64,000 bases of DNA from Cetorhinus maximus (Eukaryota): contig NC_135896.1 in the NCBI RefSeq assembly GCF_964194155.1, forward strand, positions 87,420,001 to 87,484,000, read 5' to 3'. The notes beneath the pieces are model-generated. The model searched no databases. It saw only the letters and a list, made by a program, of their open reading frames with translations, and had not been told where the DNA came from. Shown piece by piece: positions 63,561 through 64,000 of the stretch. The translations under genes and the position numbers were made by a program. The stretch's first letter is position 1; every line of letters starts with the position of its first letter.

Positions 63561-64000
63561 CATAATCTGGCTTGGAGTTTGCTGAAGGCTCGCAATGTAA
63601 TAACTAGAGCAATTGGCACACTTGTAGCTATGATATTTTTGCACAGACATTCCAGGAAATAATGGTGTCAGTGACTTATACAATTAATGCCACCATGTAA
63701 TTCCCTAGCACTTATGCTCCATTCCGCCATTACCCCTCATCAAAAACAGCTACAAGGTAATTATAGCCTCGCCCATTGAAACAAGTGACAATTGTGAATT
63801 TTGCTACATTTAAGCCAGTGTTCACATCACCATCACTTAGGTTGAAAAATAATGGCACTGTGGACCTGGCAATTGTAAATTCTGTATGTTTATTCAAGAT
63901 AGTTGCTTCTGCTGTCTCATTGTCCACACTTAAGAGCATAGAAGTTCAGTCCAAAGAGAATGCACAAATACATTCTCATAAATCAAATTACAGTTACCAC

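Noticed and set aside
63730-63939. Minus-strand 69-aa ORF (VDNETAEATILNK…)
   Set aside because: No family recognised, and its length is within chance expectation.

Overview
Eukaryotic, repeat-rich vertebrate DNA, most likely from a cartilaginous fish (shark). The repeats resemble HE1 V-SINEs and their partner HER1-type LINE, Deu-domain SacSINE1-type SINEs, CR1/L2 LINEs and Penelope-like element (PLE) termini. I found no intact long gene, rRNA, true tRNA gene or CRISPR array; nearly all protein-like ORFs are decayed retroelement fragments. The + strand looks A/C-rich by eye, as expected inside a long intron of a minus-strand gene. A few minus-strand candidate exons can be chained in frame, but I cannot name the protein. 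Most notable observations: (1) a LINE whose 5' end is a tRNA-headed SINE body running straight into the endonuclease with no room for ORF1, so the SINE looks like an internally deleted copy of the LINE; (2) a Vingi/Ingi-type LINE with a twin-priming-like 5' inversion; (3) mini PLE insertions with 12-17 bp TSDs carrying minimal hammerhead ribozyme motifs; (4) a short tRNA-headed SINE with an unfamiliar GAAA-hairpin tail, present as a tandem pair; (5) a head-only SINE with a 15-bp TSD; (6) a ~340-bp inverted duplication spanning a TE junction. Family names come from motif recognition, not database searches, and most repeat boundaries are approximate.
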